61,389 nucleotides of DNA from Stramenopiles sp. TOSAG23-2 (lineage: Eukaryota), in the NCBI GenBank assembly GCA_900128395.1, contig LT649249.1:1-61389 (forward strand). The letters are read 5' to 3'. The notes beneath the pieces are model-generated. The model was not told the origin of the DNA. It worked only from the letters and a program-made list of their open reading frames with translations, and searched no databases. The position numbers were made by a program, and so were the translations under genes. Positions 46,101 through 58,606 of this stretch are shown here, piece after piece; within the stretch, counting starts at the first letter, position 1; each line of letters starts with the position of its first letter.

Positions 46101-47879
46101 AGAAGAAGAAAGGGAAGGGAAAATATAGTTCCTGCAATTAAAAAAATCATTACGGGAGATGAATTGTTATATATATGTAAGACTAAATTATTACCTTTAA
46201 TTGAAGCAAATCAACTTCATGAATTAGAGACTGTTTCGGAATTAAAGGAAGAGGAAGAGCAAAAAGGATCTGATAGTAGTAAAAGTAGTAATAGCAGTAG
46301 TGGTAGTACGAAAACTATAAATTATTCAACTGCAAAAGGATCTAAAATTAAAATTTGCGACATGGTATCGCAAACATTTATTTATGATTTATGGACATTT
46401 TGTAAAACAATTGCAAAAAAGTTGAAAAATATAGTAGATCTTGACAAAGACTCGCGAATATTAAATATTACTGAATTACAAATAAGAGAATTTCTAGATG
46501 TTTGTTTTACTAGATATCAAGAAGCTAAGATCGAACCAGGTGAAGCGGTTGGTGCAATAGGCGCTCAAAGTCTTGGTGAACCAGGGACACAGATGACATT
46601 GAAAACTTTTCATTTTGCGGGTGTCGCTAGTATGAATGTTACCTTAGGTGTTCCTCGCATCAAAGAATTAATAAATGCATCTAAGAATATATCAACACCA
46701 TTGATTATGGCTAAATTGAGAAACGATAAAGATGAACGTGTTGCTAGGATTGTAAAAGGACGTGTAGAGAAAAGTAGACTAGGTGACGTTGCTGAATATA
46801 TCCAAGAAGAATGGTGGGCTGATGATCATAGGATTTGTGTGAAATTAGATTTAAAAGCAATTAACGAATTGAGTTTAGATTTAGATATTTACTCCATAAT
46901 AGAAGCATTGGAAGCAGATTCAAAATTAAAATTAACAAAGCGTTTCGAGATTGACTATCCAAAACCTTCAAATCGTGATACGATTGTTATTAGGCCGAAA
47001 ATTGAAAAATTCAAGGCTAATAAATATGCTGTTGCTACGAGTTATAATCAATGGAACAATGAATCAAACGGTACGACAACATCTCGTCGTGGGAAAGATT
47101 CGTTAGGCCCACCGGTAACATTTGCAATGTCGAATTTAAAAGAAAGCTTGAAAAATGTTATTATTAGTGGTATCGTTACAGTATCTCGGGCTGTTGTGAA
47201 TATTGTTGATGCAGGGGAATCAATTCCTAGCCATCATCGTGGCTACGTGCGTAATCCTGATGATGTATACCAAGAGATTATTGAATTTGAAAACATGCAG
47301 GATGAAGTTGAAGAAGAAAAGTCAAGTGAAGGACAAAAATCGTATAATTTAATTGTTGAAGGTTCCAACTTACTTGCTGTTATGGGTATTCCTGGTGTTG
47401 ATGGGAATAAAACGCGATCAAATGATGTTATGGAAGTAGCAAAAGTATTAGGAATTGAAGCTGCACGTGTCTTATTGCAAATTGAAATTGCATATGTATA
47501 TGATAGGTATGGGCTTAATATTGATTCTCGGCATTTAGGATTGCTATCGGATACAATGACATACCGTGGTGAAGTATTGGGGATAACAAGGGAAGGTATA
47601 TCAAAAATGAAAGATAGTGTATTGATGCTTGCATCATTTGAAAAAACACCAGATCATTTATTCGATGCTGCTGTTCATGGGAAAGTAGATGCTATTGATG
47701 GTGTTAGTGAACGTATTATTATGGGTACACCAATTGGTCTTGGGACTGGTTCGTTCAAGCTTTTGAAAAATATCGATAAGCAAAAGAAGAATGGGAAGAA
47801 CGAGACAGAGAAGAAGAAGAAACGCGAGCCATTGTTAAAACGTTTGCTACGAGAGGATCATCGTAGATATTTGAGTTAA
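43118..47879 (+). CDS. RPC1: RNA polymerase III largest subunit
   Basis: [76 protein letters not shown]; no CTD heptads; true ATG at 43118 (MPRKLLLVNEN) is out of frame only because of the 106-bp duplication. Confidence 0.95.
43134..43346. repeat. Exact tandem duplication, 106-bp unit (frameshifts RPC1)
   Basis: tattggtaaatgaaaat...attaatcgt starts at 43134 and 43240. Confidence 0.95.
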
Positions 47880-48072
47880 AAAAAAAAGTGAGGGAGAAGA
47901 GAGAGAGAGAGAGGAGAGAGAGAAAATAAATTTTTATATATACATACGCACATGTTAAAACGTTTGCTACGAGAGGATCATCGTAGATATTTGAGTTAAA
48001 AAAAAAAGTGAGGGAGAAGAGAGAGAGAGAGAGGAGAGAGAGAAAATAAATTTTTATATATACATACGCACA
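47833..48072. repeat. Exact tandem duplication, 120-bp unit
   Basis: Spans the RPC1 stop codon and 3' UTR. Confidence 0.95.
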
Positions 48073-48231
48073 ACGCACGTTATACACATTTTACGATTTT
48101 TGTACGCGCGCAAAACAATAATATATATTTTTTTCTCTCTCTGAGGAGATATGAAACCCGTATTTGATTTGCATCCTCTCCACTAAAATTAATCTTTGGG
48201 TGTGTTTTTTACATTTTTCTTCTTTTTCATG

Positions 48232-48464
48232 TGAATATTTCCTAAATCCACTGATTTACTCCGCCACCGATGTTACCACCAAGTCGGTCCATACTTGATC
48301 CTGGCAAATTATTATATGACAAAGCGGAATTGCTAGTACCTGATGTTGAATATTTCCTAAATCCACTGATTTACTCCGCCACCGATGTTACCACCAAGTC
48401 GGTCCATACTTGATCCTGGCAAATTATTATATGACAAAGCGGAATTGCTAGTACCTGATGTTGA
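48232..48464. repeat. Exact tandem duplication, 115-bp unit
   Basis: tgaatatttcctaaatcc...cctgatgttga twice, at the stop of the minus-strand gene. Confidence 0.95.
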
Positions 48465-49433
48465 TTGCAAACCAAATAATGATGCTGGGTCTTGTTGTGC
48501 AGATGATGCTTGCTGTGGTGCGAGAGATCCTTGCCCTCTTAAAAATCCAGCTGGTGCTTCACTTTCTAATAATTTTAAACTCTGCTGAAATTCTTTTTCT
48601 TTATGATTAGAAAATACTTTTTCACGTGATGAACGTTTCATTTTAGCATCTTTATATATACTTTTTAATGATTTAAGAAAATCTTCAGGTTTTGTAAATC
48701 CAGTTTTAATAAATTCCATATACGAATTAGAAAACTTCAATTTTTCTTGTTTCAATATGCTCGATAACTGACCAAGTTCATCAGCATGTTTTTTTAACCA
48801 TTCGTGTCTATTTTCATGTTCCTCTTTCGCCCACTTTGCAACTAAACTTGTTGCTGCCTGCCAACCTGTTACTTTTTTTTTTAACGCTTCAACTTGGTCC
48901 TCTAAATCAGCTTTTTGAGTAGTAATTTCCTTACGCTTCACTTCACTTTTTTTTACATGATTTTTTAAAACGTTTTCCGCCCTTGTTGCTCGTGTTTTCC
49001 ATTTATCTAATTGGTCCCGTAAAGTTTCGGATGAACTTTTTAATTCTGCTACTTCTTTCTTCATAGCACTTATTTTTTTGCTCTTTTCTCCCCTTATTTT
49101 ATTTACTTTATCTACACATCGAAGTTCTAATTTGGCTTCTTTATCTGCATGCTCAATTTCAGCTTGTTTAAATCTTGCAATTTCATCCTTTGCTGTTCTT
49201 TCCCAATCACCACATCCTGGCTTAGGTGTTTCACTGGAAGTTCCACCCGTTGATTGCGCAAAAACAACTATATTATTATTATTATTATTATCACTTGACG
49301 AAAATAAAGTAATATAACAAACTAAAATTGCCATGAAATAATAACATTGAAAAAAATTATTTCTTTGTCTTTTTTTTCTCAAACAAAGCATAGAAGAAAA
49401 CGATGATGGTGGTGGTGATGATAAAGACGACAT
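48357..49433 (-). CDS. Hypothetical coiled-coil protein with N-terminal hydrophobic segment
   Basis: ATG at 49433 (MSSLSSPPP); hydrophobic YYFMAILVCYITLF followed by a long K/E coiled coil. Confidence 0.7.
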   Translation of the reverse strand: MSSLSSPPPSSFSSMLCLRKKRQRNNFFQCYYFMAILVCYITLFSSSDNNNNNNIVVFAQSTGGTSSETPKPGCGDWERTAKDEIARFKQAEIEHADKEAKLELRCVDKVNKIRGEKSKKISAMKKEVAELKSSSETLRDQLDKWKTRATRAENVLKNHVKKSEVKRKEITTQKADLEDQVEALKKKVTGWQAATSLVAKWAKEEHENRHEWLKKHADELGQLSSILKQEKLKFSNSYMEFIKTGFTKPEDFLKSLKSIYKDAKMKRSSREKVFSNHKEKEFQQSLKLLESEAPAGFLRGQGSLAPQQASSAQQDPASLFGLQSTSGTSNSALSYNNLPGSSMDRLGGNIGGGVNQWI

Positions 49434-49542
49434 GGCATGAAATAATAACATTGAAAAAAATTATTTCTTTGTCTTTTTTTTCTCAAACAAAGCATAGAAG
49501 AAAACGATGATGGTGGTGGTGATGATAAAGACGACATGGCAT
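49332..49542. repeat. Exact tandem duplication, 104-bp unit
   Basis: catgaaataataacattg...gacatggcat twice, over the start region. Confidence 0.95.
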
Positions 49543-51028
49543 ATATATACATAAATATTTAGACATTCAAATTATATATACAATATATTGTTTGTATTTG
49601 ACATTTTTACATAATCATGTAAATAATTTTCCCCTCACAATTCTATGTCAATGTTTTTTTGGGACTTGTTGCACTTTCTAGTTTTTTTGTTGGTTGAGAA
49701 TGGAAAAGCAGCAGAAGAAAACAACGGATGGAAATTTAAATTGTATTATATTCGATAGTATATAGTAGTGGTTTACGTAAGGTATTTTAATTTTTATAGC
49801 GAGAGTTTAACCTTAATTTAAAACGAGTTTTTGTTTCGGAAAACCCACAAAAGAACACGAAAATTGGTTATTGCTGTATTAACTGAATTAACATTGTTCA
49901 AATCTATTAATTTTTTTTTTAATTTAAAGTATTGTAATACATGGCATTTAATCTCTTTTTTTTATATGGAATAAGATGCCAGATGATACTAGATAATACA
50001 CCACAATCCATGTATAGATAATAATAATTTTTATCTCCTTCACATCTTTTTCGTTTCTTCTTACCCTTTGCAAATAACTCTTGCCATTGCTTCCATTGCA
50101 TATCATGATTGGAACTTATATCCATTATATCTTGCATATCAGATATGATTTTCAGATGCAACAGTAGGACAGACTGTTTATGTTAGAATTTACGTTGGAT
50201 GAAGGTTGGGAGCAGAGTTCAAGTGATGCAACAGAGTTTAGTTACACTGAAGAGCATCTTACGTTAAAAGATGAACAAACTGGATCTACCACTGAAAAAA
50301 ATAAAGCATATACTTTATGTCCAACACCCTGGATACTATACTAACCTAATTACCTAAAATAATAAGACTAATCACTATATGTTATGAGGCAAGCAGAAGG
50401 TACAGAAACCGGGAAGGAAAAAATTCAAGAGGGGTCTTTAGCAGGAAGAAAAGCAAAAATGATTGTTGAAATTTGTCTATTTACGGTAACACATTGTCAT
50501 TGTCAGCATACTTGAAGAGTGTGTTCATATATTCTTGGGAGTCTGTGTTTTGTGTGTCAGAAATATAAATCATCGATTCCACCTATCACATGACACATAA
50601 TATATACTTGAAAGGAAATTAGAATACTCAAAAAAAACTTTGAAATGAACCTCCTCGTATACTTCTAGTATAAAAACACTACTTTTACTATTAAAAAAAA
50701 AAGAGGTGACGTATCTCGTGAAATTGCAAAAACAAAAAAAGTGGGGAGAATTGCCGTTTTTATCATTATATATATTACTATCATTGTTGAATGATGATAG
50801 AAGAATGTATTCAATATACATACATATATATATATATTATATATGAAAATAGATCTTCATTATATATGGAAGTCATATCGATCGAAAAGATAGGAGAGAA
50901 ATCATATATATATACAATCAGAAAAGATAATATTCATTTCAAACAACGTCAATAAAATGCAGAAAATATCACTAATTAAACTTATGAGGCCCGTGCACTC
51001 AAAAGTCGAAATACGTCCTCCCGCTCTT

Positions 51029-51178
51029 CCTCTTTCTCCTGCAGTGGAGTTTTCTTCGCAACTGTTGTTAGATGGATTTCCTTTGTGTTTGTTTCATCTG
51101 CCACCTCTTTCTCCTGCAGTGGAGTTTTCTTCGCAACTGTTGTTAGATGGATTTCCTTTGTGTTTGTTTCATCTGCCA
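51029..51178. repeat. Exact tandem duplication, 75-bp unit
   Basis: cctctttctcctgcag...catctgcca twice. Confidence 0.95.
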
Positions 51179-51590
51179 TTGTTATAAAATGAAAATCTAT
51201 ATTGTTACATTTATCATGTCTGTACACATTTTATATTCCTTTCAATGTATGTTTACCACAAATAATTTCAATAATAATTTAAATTTCTTACGCATTTTAT
51301 TAGGAATTTAGGAGGAGAAAAAATCAACAAAAAAAGGCGGCGCGTCATCTCACACATTTTTAAAAATATCATAAGTATGAATTTTGGTATACTAACATTC
51401 CTACCAATGTGATTTTCCTTTCGCGTCTCACCCCCGATCATTTTTAATTTGTTCATCCAACAAAAATACATGTATACGTATAGACAGTCTCTGTGATATA
51501 TAATATAATCAATTATAAGAAGAAAATACAATAGACAAGGATTATCATAGATATACATGTAAATAAATATAAGAAAGAAAGTTGAGATAT

Positions 51591-52100
51591 ATGGTATTTT
51601 ACAAAGCCTTGTTAAGGCTTGCAACACCATTGTTATTTATAATATGTTTCATACAAGAAGAAAATGATAGGAAATTATGGATGTTTAGTAGAGGTGTTAT
51701 ACATATAATTATATTATATTTATGTAAATATTTTGCAATTACTGTATTTGGTCCAGGTTTGTGTGGAAGGCCTGAAAATGCGATACATTGTGGTATGTGG
51801 GATAGACCATCACATGAAGACAAACGAAGTGGAATGCCAAGTGGACATTCATGGACGGCTGGTTGTTTTTTTGCTGTATTTATATTATCCACAAAAACTG
51901 GCGTAGTTAATGTATATGCAAAATTGGTTGGAATTTTCTTGGCAATTGTGGTTGCATTATCTCGATTACCACCGAAACAAGTGACTGCGTACATTGCTGC
52001 AACACCAAATGGCGCACATACTATTTTACAAATTCTTGTTGGTTTTTTCGGTGGGATCATTTTAGAAAAGTTATTGGCACCAAATGAATATCTTTTCTAA
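51591..52100 (+). CDS. PAP2 superfamily membrane phosphatase
   Basis: PAP2 motifs K..(x)..RP, MPSGHS, SRL....HT..QILVG; multiple TM segments; ATG at 51591. Confidence 0.85.
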   Translation: MVFYKALLRLATPLLFIICFIQEENDRKLWMFSRGVIHIIILYLCKYFAITVFGPGLCGRPENAIHCGMWDRPSHEDKRSGMPSGHSWTAGCFFAVFILSTKTGVVNVYAKLVGIFLAIVVALSRLPPKQVTAYIAATPNGAHTILQILVGFFGGIILEKLLAPNEYLF

Positions 52101-52570
52101 TATTTCATCCTAATCTAAATCATAAAATTATAAATATGTGCATATACATACATGGTAAAATGTTGTTGAAGTTGGTAGATATTTTATTGTACTAATATTA
52201 CCAAAAAAATGTATTAAAAAAATATCCGCTTTTCTATTCAAAATAAATCATATATAGATAATTACTAATAATTATTTAAAATGTCCTTCAATATAATTTT
52301 TATTCTATATCTTTTACCATATAATGTCCGACACTATCACCACAAATCATCCCTTTTCTTATAAGTACTTACAAAAGTTCGCGAAGAATGATCGATGAAG
52401 CTGTTGTTGATGTAGAAAAGAATACAAGTTAAAGTTGAAATAAATCATCAAAGAAAGATAAATCACTAGATATATAAGAGTAAAAATACAAGAAAAAACG
52501 AAGAAATATTAATATATAGAGATATAATAATATAGAATATTATATATATTATTATCATTATTATTAATTA

Positions 52571-52750
52571 AATATAATGGGAGCTGCTATATCGACAAAA
52601 GGACGTACAACAGCTAGTGTGTTCACAGTTGGATTGGCATATTATTTATATCATATACATAATATAATGGGAGCTGCTATATCGACAAAAGGACGTACAA
52701 CAGCTAGTGTGTTCACAGTTGGATTGGCATATTATTTATATCATATACAT
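52571..52750. repeat. Exact tandem duplication, 90-bp unit (in frame)
   Basis: Duplicates MGAAISTKGRTTASVFTVGLAYYLYHIH. Confidence 0.95.
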
Positions 52751-55700
52751 TATGGTAAACGTAAGCCAGCTGGTGGTGATTTCCCTGATAAACCGCCAAA
52801 AATTGCAGAAATACCGAAAACGATTGGTCGTAGTATTGATAAATTAATTTATATGTATACATCTACTGGAATTTTAGCAATATTAACATTAGGTTTATCA
52901 CCATTATTACTTGCTGTTGGACTTTTGTACAAGGCATATACAATGACAACGAAAATATTAAATCCAGTAAAGAAGGAAAAATTAACAACAAATGAAATTT
53001 TAAAAAAGATGACATTGGAAGAAAAATGTTTAATGACAGGTGGAAAAACAACATTCGCTACGGGGGGCTGTCCAAGACTTGGTGTACCACCATTGAAATT
53101 TACAGATGGTCCAAGTGGGGCAAGAGGTATGGCCGTAATACCTTTGACTTTGATGCGACGTGGAATTTTCACGGATATTCCTTGGATATCCAAGAAAACT
53201 GAATTTCAAGATCCAAATAAAAATAGTAGAGCATGGTGGTTGAAGCTATTGGAAAAAAATGTACCAGATGCGTTGCTTTTAGGTCCTGGTACATTCGGTA
53301 CGTGTTGCCCATGTGGTACAAGTTTAGCTGCTACGTTTGATCCAAAATTAGCATATGATGTTGGCAATTTGATCGGAAGGGACACCATAACAAAAGGTGC
53401 AAGTGTTATTTTAGGGCCGACGTTGAATTTAACACGAACACCCACAGGTGGTAGAAATTTTGAAGCCTTTGGAGAAGATCCATACCTTGGTGGTATCATG
53501 GGTGTAGAATGGGTAAGAGGTGCACAAAGTGTCCAAGGTGTTGCTGCATGTGGTAAACATTTTGCATGTAATGAATTTGAACGTTTACGAATGGTAACAG
53601 ATAGCAGGGTAAACAAAAGACCGTTGCATGAATTATATTTGCGTCATTTTGAAATGCTTGTGAAGGACGGTGGTGTGAAATGTTTGATGACTGGGTATAA
53701 TAAAACAAACGGCACGTACATGTGTAGCAATAAACCATTGTTAGATAAAATTCTAAGGCAAACGTGGGGATTTGAAGGTGTAGTTATGTCTGATTGGGGT
53801 GGTACACATGATACTGTTGGAAGTGCATATGGTAATTTATTAGATTTAGAAATGCCAGGTCCTGTGTTTGAACGTGGCCAAAAATTGATTGATGCAGTAA
53901 ATAATGGTAAAATATCAATAGATCACATCGATAAGCATGTAGAACGTATGTTAAATTTAACAGAAGATTTAAAAGGAAAAATGGGACCTGGAACAAAAGT
54001 TGAATTTTCCAACGAATTGCCAGGGCCAAATGAACCGGAAGATATTGAATTGTTGCGAAAGATAAGTCGTGAAAGTTTAGTTTTATTGAAGAACAAAGAT
54101 GAGACATTACCATTGGAAAAAGATGGTAATATCGATATCACATTATATGGGCCAAATGCGGTCAATTACAGTATTACAGGAGGTGGAAGTGTGGAAACAT
54201 TACCACCAACGCCAGTATCAATAGAATCTGCATTTAAAGATGCATTTCCAAATGCAAACGTGACGGTACAAGATTTTTCTGATGTGGACTTGGAAATAGC
54301 AAATATGCGAAATTTCACTCCATTTTTAGTAGAAATTTTCGATTCGCCTACATACATGGAATCAAGTGCAAATTGCTTAGGAAGTTTAACATTGAAGGAA
54401 GGTATGTTATTGTGCCCAACGTTACGATTGATTACATGGTCCTTACTGGCACCAGGACTTTTTCCAACTGCTGTGTATGATAAGGCAGGAGCTAAAGTTT
54501 CAACAAAGTTAAAAAAATGTTCAACCACAAAACAGATAAAACGACATGCGTTTGAATTTGGTGCATCTGGTCCGGCACGATTATCAGTGGATGGAAAAAT
54601 TATTGCTACAACACCAAGTGATTATGCTCAAACAGACGTGATTGGGTGGGCAAATTGGGGGATGAATTGCAAAGGTATTGTTTGTACTATAGATTTAGAT
54701 GATTCCGTGGAGCATGATGTTGTTATTGAATGGAAAGCACATAATTGTTTAACTGAAAACAAACGATTAATGGAAGGATTTGGTCCACAAATGCGTGGCG
54801 GGGCTTGCCCATTTGGATTTGAATTGAAACATAAAAGCGAAAGTCTATCTGAAATTAGATTAAAAGCAGCAGCAGTGCAAGCTGCTAAATCTAAGTATAA
54901 TGTCCTATTAGTCGGGCGCCAATCTATGGAAGAAACGGAAATGTTTGATGTCGAGTCCATGAAATTAGGGCAAGGTCAAATTGATTTAATACGTACTGTC
55001 GGTGAGGCATCGAAGCGTAATGGAAATAAGATAAAAGCAGCAGCAGTGCAAGCTGCTAAATCTAAGTATAATGTCCTATTAGTCGGGCGCCAATCTATGG
55101 AAGAAACGGAAATGTTTGATGTCGAGTCCATGAAATTAGGGCAAGGTCAAATTGATTTAATACGTACTGTCGGTGAGGCATCGAAGCGTAATGGAAATAA
55201 GACTATTGTTTTGATTAATGCCGGTACACCAGTTGAAATGCCATCATGGGTTGATCATGCAGATAGTATTATGCAAATTTGGTTTGGGGGTCAAGAAGGT
55301 CCAAAGGCATTGGCATCCGTAATAAATGGTTCATATTCCCCAGTTGGTAAATTGATAGTATTATGCAAATTTGGTTTGGGGGTCAAGAAGGTCCAAAGGC
55401 ATTGGCATCCGTAATAAATGGTTCATATTCCCCAGTTGGTAAATTGCCATTTACGGTGCCGAAAAAGTTTGAAGATAATCCAACCTATACAGAAGATGGG
55501 CGTCGTTTCCCAGGTATTGATTATTGTTGTTACTTTGAGGAAGATCTGGATATTGGATATCGTTATTATGATCGTCCTAGTAACCAATCAAAAATTATGT
55601 ATCCATTTGGTTTTGGATTATCTTATAGTAAATTTCAAGTAAAAGGTAAATCATGCGAACCAAAGATATTAAATGTACAAAATGCAAAAGATACTTCAGT

Positions 55701-56010
55701 GAAAGTTTCCATAGATATTAAAAATGTTGGAACATATGAAGCCGCTGATGTTGTACAAATTTATATACATAATTTAAATTCTAAAAGTAATGATTTCAGC
55801 CATCCAGAAAAAGAATTGAAAGCATTTCAAAAAGTATGGTTAAAACCAAATGAATCGAAAGTAATTACTATCGAATTAAATGTACAAAAAGCGTTTGAGT
55901 TTTATAACGATAAAATTGATCAATGGGTAGTTGAAAGTGGTAAATATACTTTATCTATTGGCACATCAGCGAGTGATATAATTGATCAATACAATGTTAA
56001 AATTGAATGA
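52577..56010 (+). CDS. Membrane-anchored GH3 beta-glucosidase (PA14-like insert, Fn3-like C-terminus); one gene split by a 92-bp duplication
   Basis: TDGPSGARG, GGRNFEAFGEDP, KHFACNE, nucleophile VMSDWGG, VLLKN, GKLPFT, IGYRYY, PFGFGLSY, ELKAFQKV; ORFs 52577-55414 and 55363-56010 join once the duplicate is removed. Confidence 0.93.
54861..55202. repeat. Exact tandem duplication, 171-bp unit (in frame)
   Basis: KAAAVQAAKSKY...SKRNGNK encoded twice with identical DNA. Confidence 0.95.
55262..55446. repeat. Exact tandem duplication, 92-bp unit (frameshifts GH3)
   Basis: gatagtattatgcaaatttgg...ggtaaattg twice. Confidence 0.95.
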
Positions 56011-56011
56011 A

Positions 56012-56208
56012 AATGAGATGAAAATGAAAAGAAGGCGGGGTGTTTGTGTGTATGTAAAACAAGATATAAAATACATATATCATAGCACCACACACACAAA
56101 TAAAAATTTAATGAGATGAAAATGAAAAGAAGGCGGGGTGTTTGTGTGTATGTAAAACAAGATATAAAATACATATATCATAGCACCACACACACAAATA
56201 AAAATTTA
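56012..56208. repeat. Exact tandem duplication, 98-bp unit
   Basis: Immediately after the GH3 stop codon. Confidence 0.95.
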
Positions 56209-56456
56209 TACGAGTTCGTACATGAGTAAATTGGAAAGTTATTATAAACGATATGATGTAAAATACGCATGGCTCTCGCTCTATGTATATATGTATATTT
56301 TACTGTGGTGTAAAAGGCGTAAACGTATTTCTTACGCGTTTAGTATTTAAAATACACGGAATAATTTTTTACTAGAAGTACTCTCTCATTATATATCATT
56401 TACGTAGGTATCATATTTTTAAAATATTTTATTTTATTAATTAATTTTTTTATAAA

Positions 56457-56669
56457 GTATCTAATAAATCTTGCATCGATCTAACACCAGATTGAAATTT
56501 TTGAAATTCTTCCATATCCATCTCAACGTGATGAGCAACTGTTTTATCATTTGTTGCTATGCGTATCTAATAAATCTTGCATCGATCTAACACCAGATTG
56601 AAATTTTTGAAATTCTTCCATATCCATCTCAACGTGATGAGCAACTGTTTTATCATTTGTTGCTATGCG
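56457..56669. repeat. Exact tandem duplication, 106-bp unit
   Basis: Duplicates the 3' end of the COMMD gene. Confidence 0.95.
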
Positions 56670-57110
56670 AAATACTAAAGATACAAAAGGCTTTCCAAGA
56701 TTCTTGCAATTAGAAGATTCCATTGCAACACCTAATTTCCACTCTAGACCGACAAATCTACCAACGCCAACATTTTTTACATCTTCCTTATCCTTTGTTG
56801 TTTTCCCGTCTCGATTTCCAAGATATTCTTTCCAACTATTTGTTATACACTCTACTGATTGTTCATTTAACCCGGTTGTTTTTTTCAACACAGTTGACAA
56901 CCCAGCGCTATCTGTAACATTATTTAATTTAGCACCACGATATATATGACATAATCCTGACAATATTTGATTCCCTGTAACACTTTCTGGACTATTTAAG
57001 ATATTTAAAGCTTGAATAGTTAAATGTGCTAAATCTTCTTGTTTCTCTTGGTTAATCGTATTCACCGCACTATGAAATGCTGGGCGTGATGCGTTGATAT
57101 AATCTTCCAT
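56547..57110 (-). CDS. COMMD6: COMM domain-containing protein (COMMD6-like)
   Basis: COMM signature FVGLEWKLGVAMESSNCKNLGKPFVSL...EMDMEEFQKF; the collapsed C-terminus would be ...DLLDTL* (stop 56450-56452). Confidence 0.75.
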   Translation of the reverse strand: MEDYINASRPAFHSAVNTINQEKQEDLAHLTIQALNILNSPESVTGNQILSGLCHIYRGAKLNNVTDSAGLSTVLKKTTGLNEQSVECITNSWKEYLGNRDGKTTKDKEDVKNVGVGRFVGLEWKLGVAMESSNCKNLGKPFVSLVFRIATNDKTVAHHVEMDMEEFQKFQSGVRSMQDLLDTHSNK

Positions 57111-57158
57111 TGTGAATACACCGAATATAATAAGAGATTAAAAATAATAACAAATAGA

Positions 57159-57362
57159 AATGTATCAATAGCATTTGAATATATAGTTTCATCTCATGTA
57201 CATCTATATCTATATCTATGATATATAGATATTAATCGTGCAATTTGTTGTTGTTGCAATAATGTATCAATAGCATTTGAATATATAGTTTCATCTCATG
57301 TACATCTATATCTATATCTATGATATATAGATATTAATCGTGCAATTTGTTGTTGTTGCAAT
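57159..57362. repeat. Exact tandem duplication, 102-bp unit
   Basis: aatgtatcaatagc...gttgcaat twice, upstream of COMMD. Confidence 0.95.
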
Positions 57363-57376
57363 TATTATTCATTTCC

Positions 57377-57692
57377 ATTAGAGATTTGTAAAAATTATTG
57401 TGATTATAAGGAAATACCATTAGTGATGAGTATTACATAGGATAATCATGTACTTGTTTGTTTTTAACACTACAATTATTAGAGATTTGTAATTTGTAAA
57501 AAATATTTATAAGGAAATACCATTAGCGATGAGTATTACATCGGATAATCTTGTACTTGTTTGTTTTTAACACTACCATAGATTTGTAATTTGTAAAAAA
57601 TAATATTATTGTGATTTATAAGGAAATACCATTAGCGATGAGCGATGAGTATTACATCGGATAATCTTGTACTTGTTTGTTTTTAACACTAC
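57377..57692. repeat. Diverged tandem repeat, three copies of ~100-115 bp
   Basis: Core agatttgtaa...aaggaaataccattag(t/c)gatgagtattacat...gtacttgtttgtttttaacactac repeated with substitutions and indels. Confidence 0.85.
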
Positions 57693-57887
57693 GTGCATAT
57701 TAGCATGCATATACCAGGTATTAAAAAAATGTAGATGTATTTATTATTATTTATTTTTGACAAAAATATATATTTAAAACAAATTAGTTTTACATAGTTA
57801 TACATATCATCCATCCATATACAATTTTGATGTTATACGTACCCTTCATTTTTTTTAAAGCATTGAGTTCTATTTATTTAAATCAAC

Positions 57888-58110
57888 TTTTTTTTTCTAT
57901 ATGATGCAAGGGAAAATTAAAATTGTGAATGGGAATGTTGTAAGGGAAGGGGATGATATTGAAACGGGTTCTACAACTAATGCAAATAATAATAATAATT
58001 TTTTTTTCTATATGATGCAAGGGAAAATTAAAATTGTGAATGGGAATGTTGTAAGGGAAGGGGATGATATTGAAACGGGTTCTACAACTAATGCAAATAA
58101 TAATAATAAT
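57888..58110. repeat. Exact tandem duplication, 111-bp unit
   Basis: Duplicates the start (ATG 57901 and 58012) of the selenoprotein candidate. Confidence 0.95.
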
Positions 58111-58606
58111 GCAAATAATAATAATAATTTTGTAAATAATTTATCGAACTATCATAAAGGTGCAATAGCTTTTTTAATATGTATGGCATTGTTTGGTATG
58201 CGGGTAGCATTTCCATTGTTAATGATGTTTGTTTTGTATAATGTATATCTATCATCATCGTCTTCATCATCATCAAATGGTATAAATGTTCCGTCTTCTT
58301 TTCGATCTTTTTTCAATAGTACATCAGGTAATAATAATAATAATCGAAGAACTACTACTACTTTTGTATAATGTATATCTATCATCATCGTCTTCATCAT
58401 CATCAAATGGTATAAATGTTCCGTCTTCTTTTCGATCTTTTTTCAATAGTACATCAGGTAATAATAATAATAATCGAAGAACTACTACTACTACCAGTGG
58501 TCGAAGAAATAATAATGGAAGAGGTGGTGGTGGTGCGAATATACGTACAGTTAGTGATTTACCTAAACCTCCACCATCCTCATGATCCAGAGGTAGTGGC
58601 TGTTAA
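58012..58606 (+). CDS. Selenoprotein K/SelG-like membrane selenoprotein (in-frame UGA = Sec at 58583-58585)
   Basis: After collapsing the 130-bp duplication: MMQGKIKIVNGNVVRE...TM...GRGGGGANIRTVSDLPKPPPSS-TGA-SRGSGC-TAA; SECIS ~150 nt downstream of the TAA. Confidence 0.75.
58232..58492. repeat. Exact tandem duplication, 130-bp unit (frameshifting)
   Basis: ttttgtataatgtatatc...actactactact twice. Confidence 0.95.

Noticed and set aside
50982-51227. 81-aa ORF (MADETNTKE...)
   Set aside because: Shrinks to about 40 aa once the 75-bp duplicate is removed; no recognisable motif, so not called as a CDS
55363-56010. Separate second GH3 gene or programmed frameshift
   Set aside because: Fully explained by the 92-bp duplication; it is the C-terminus of the upstream GH3
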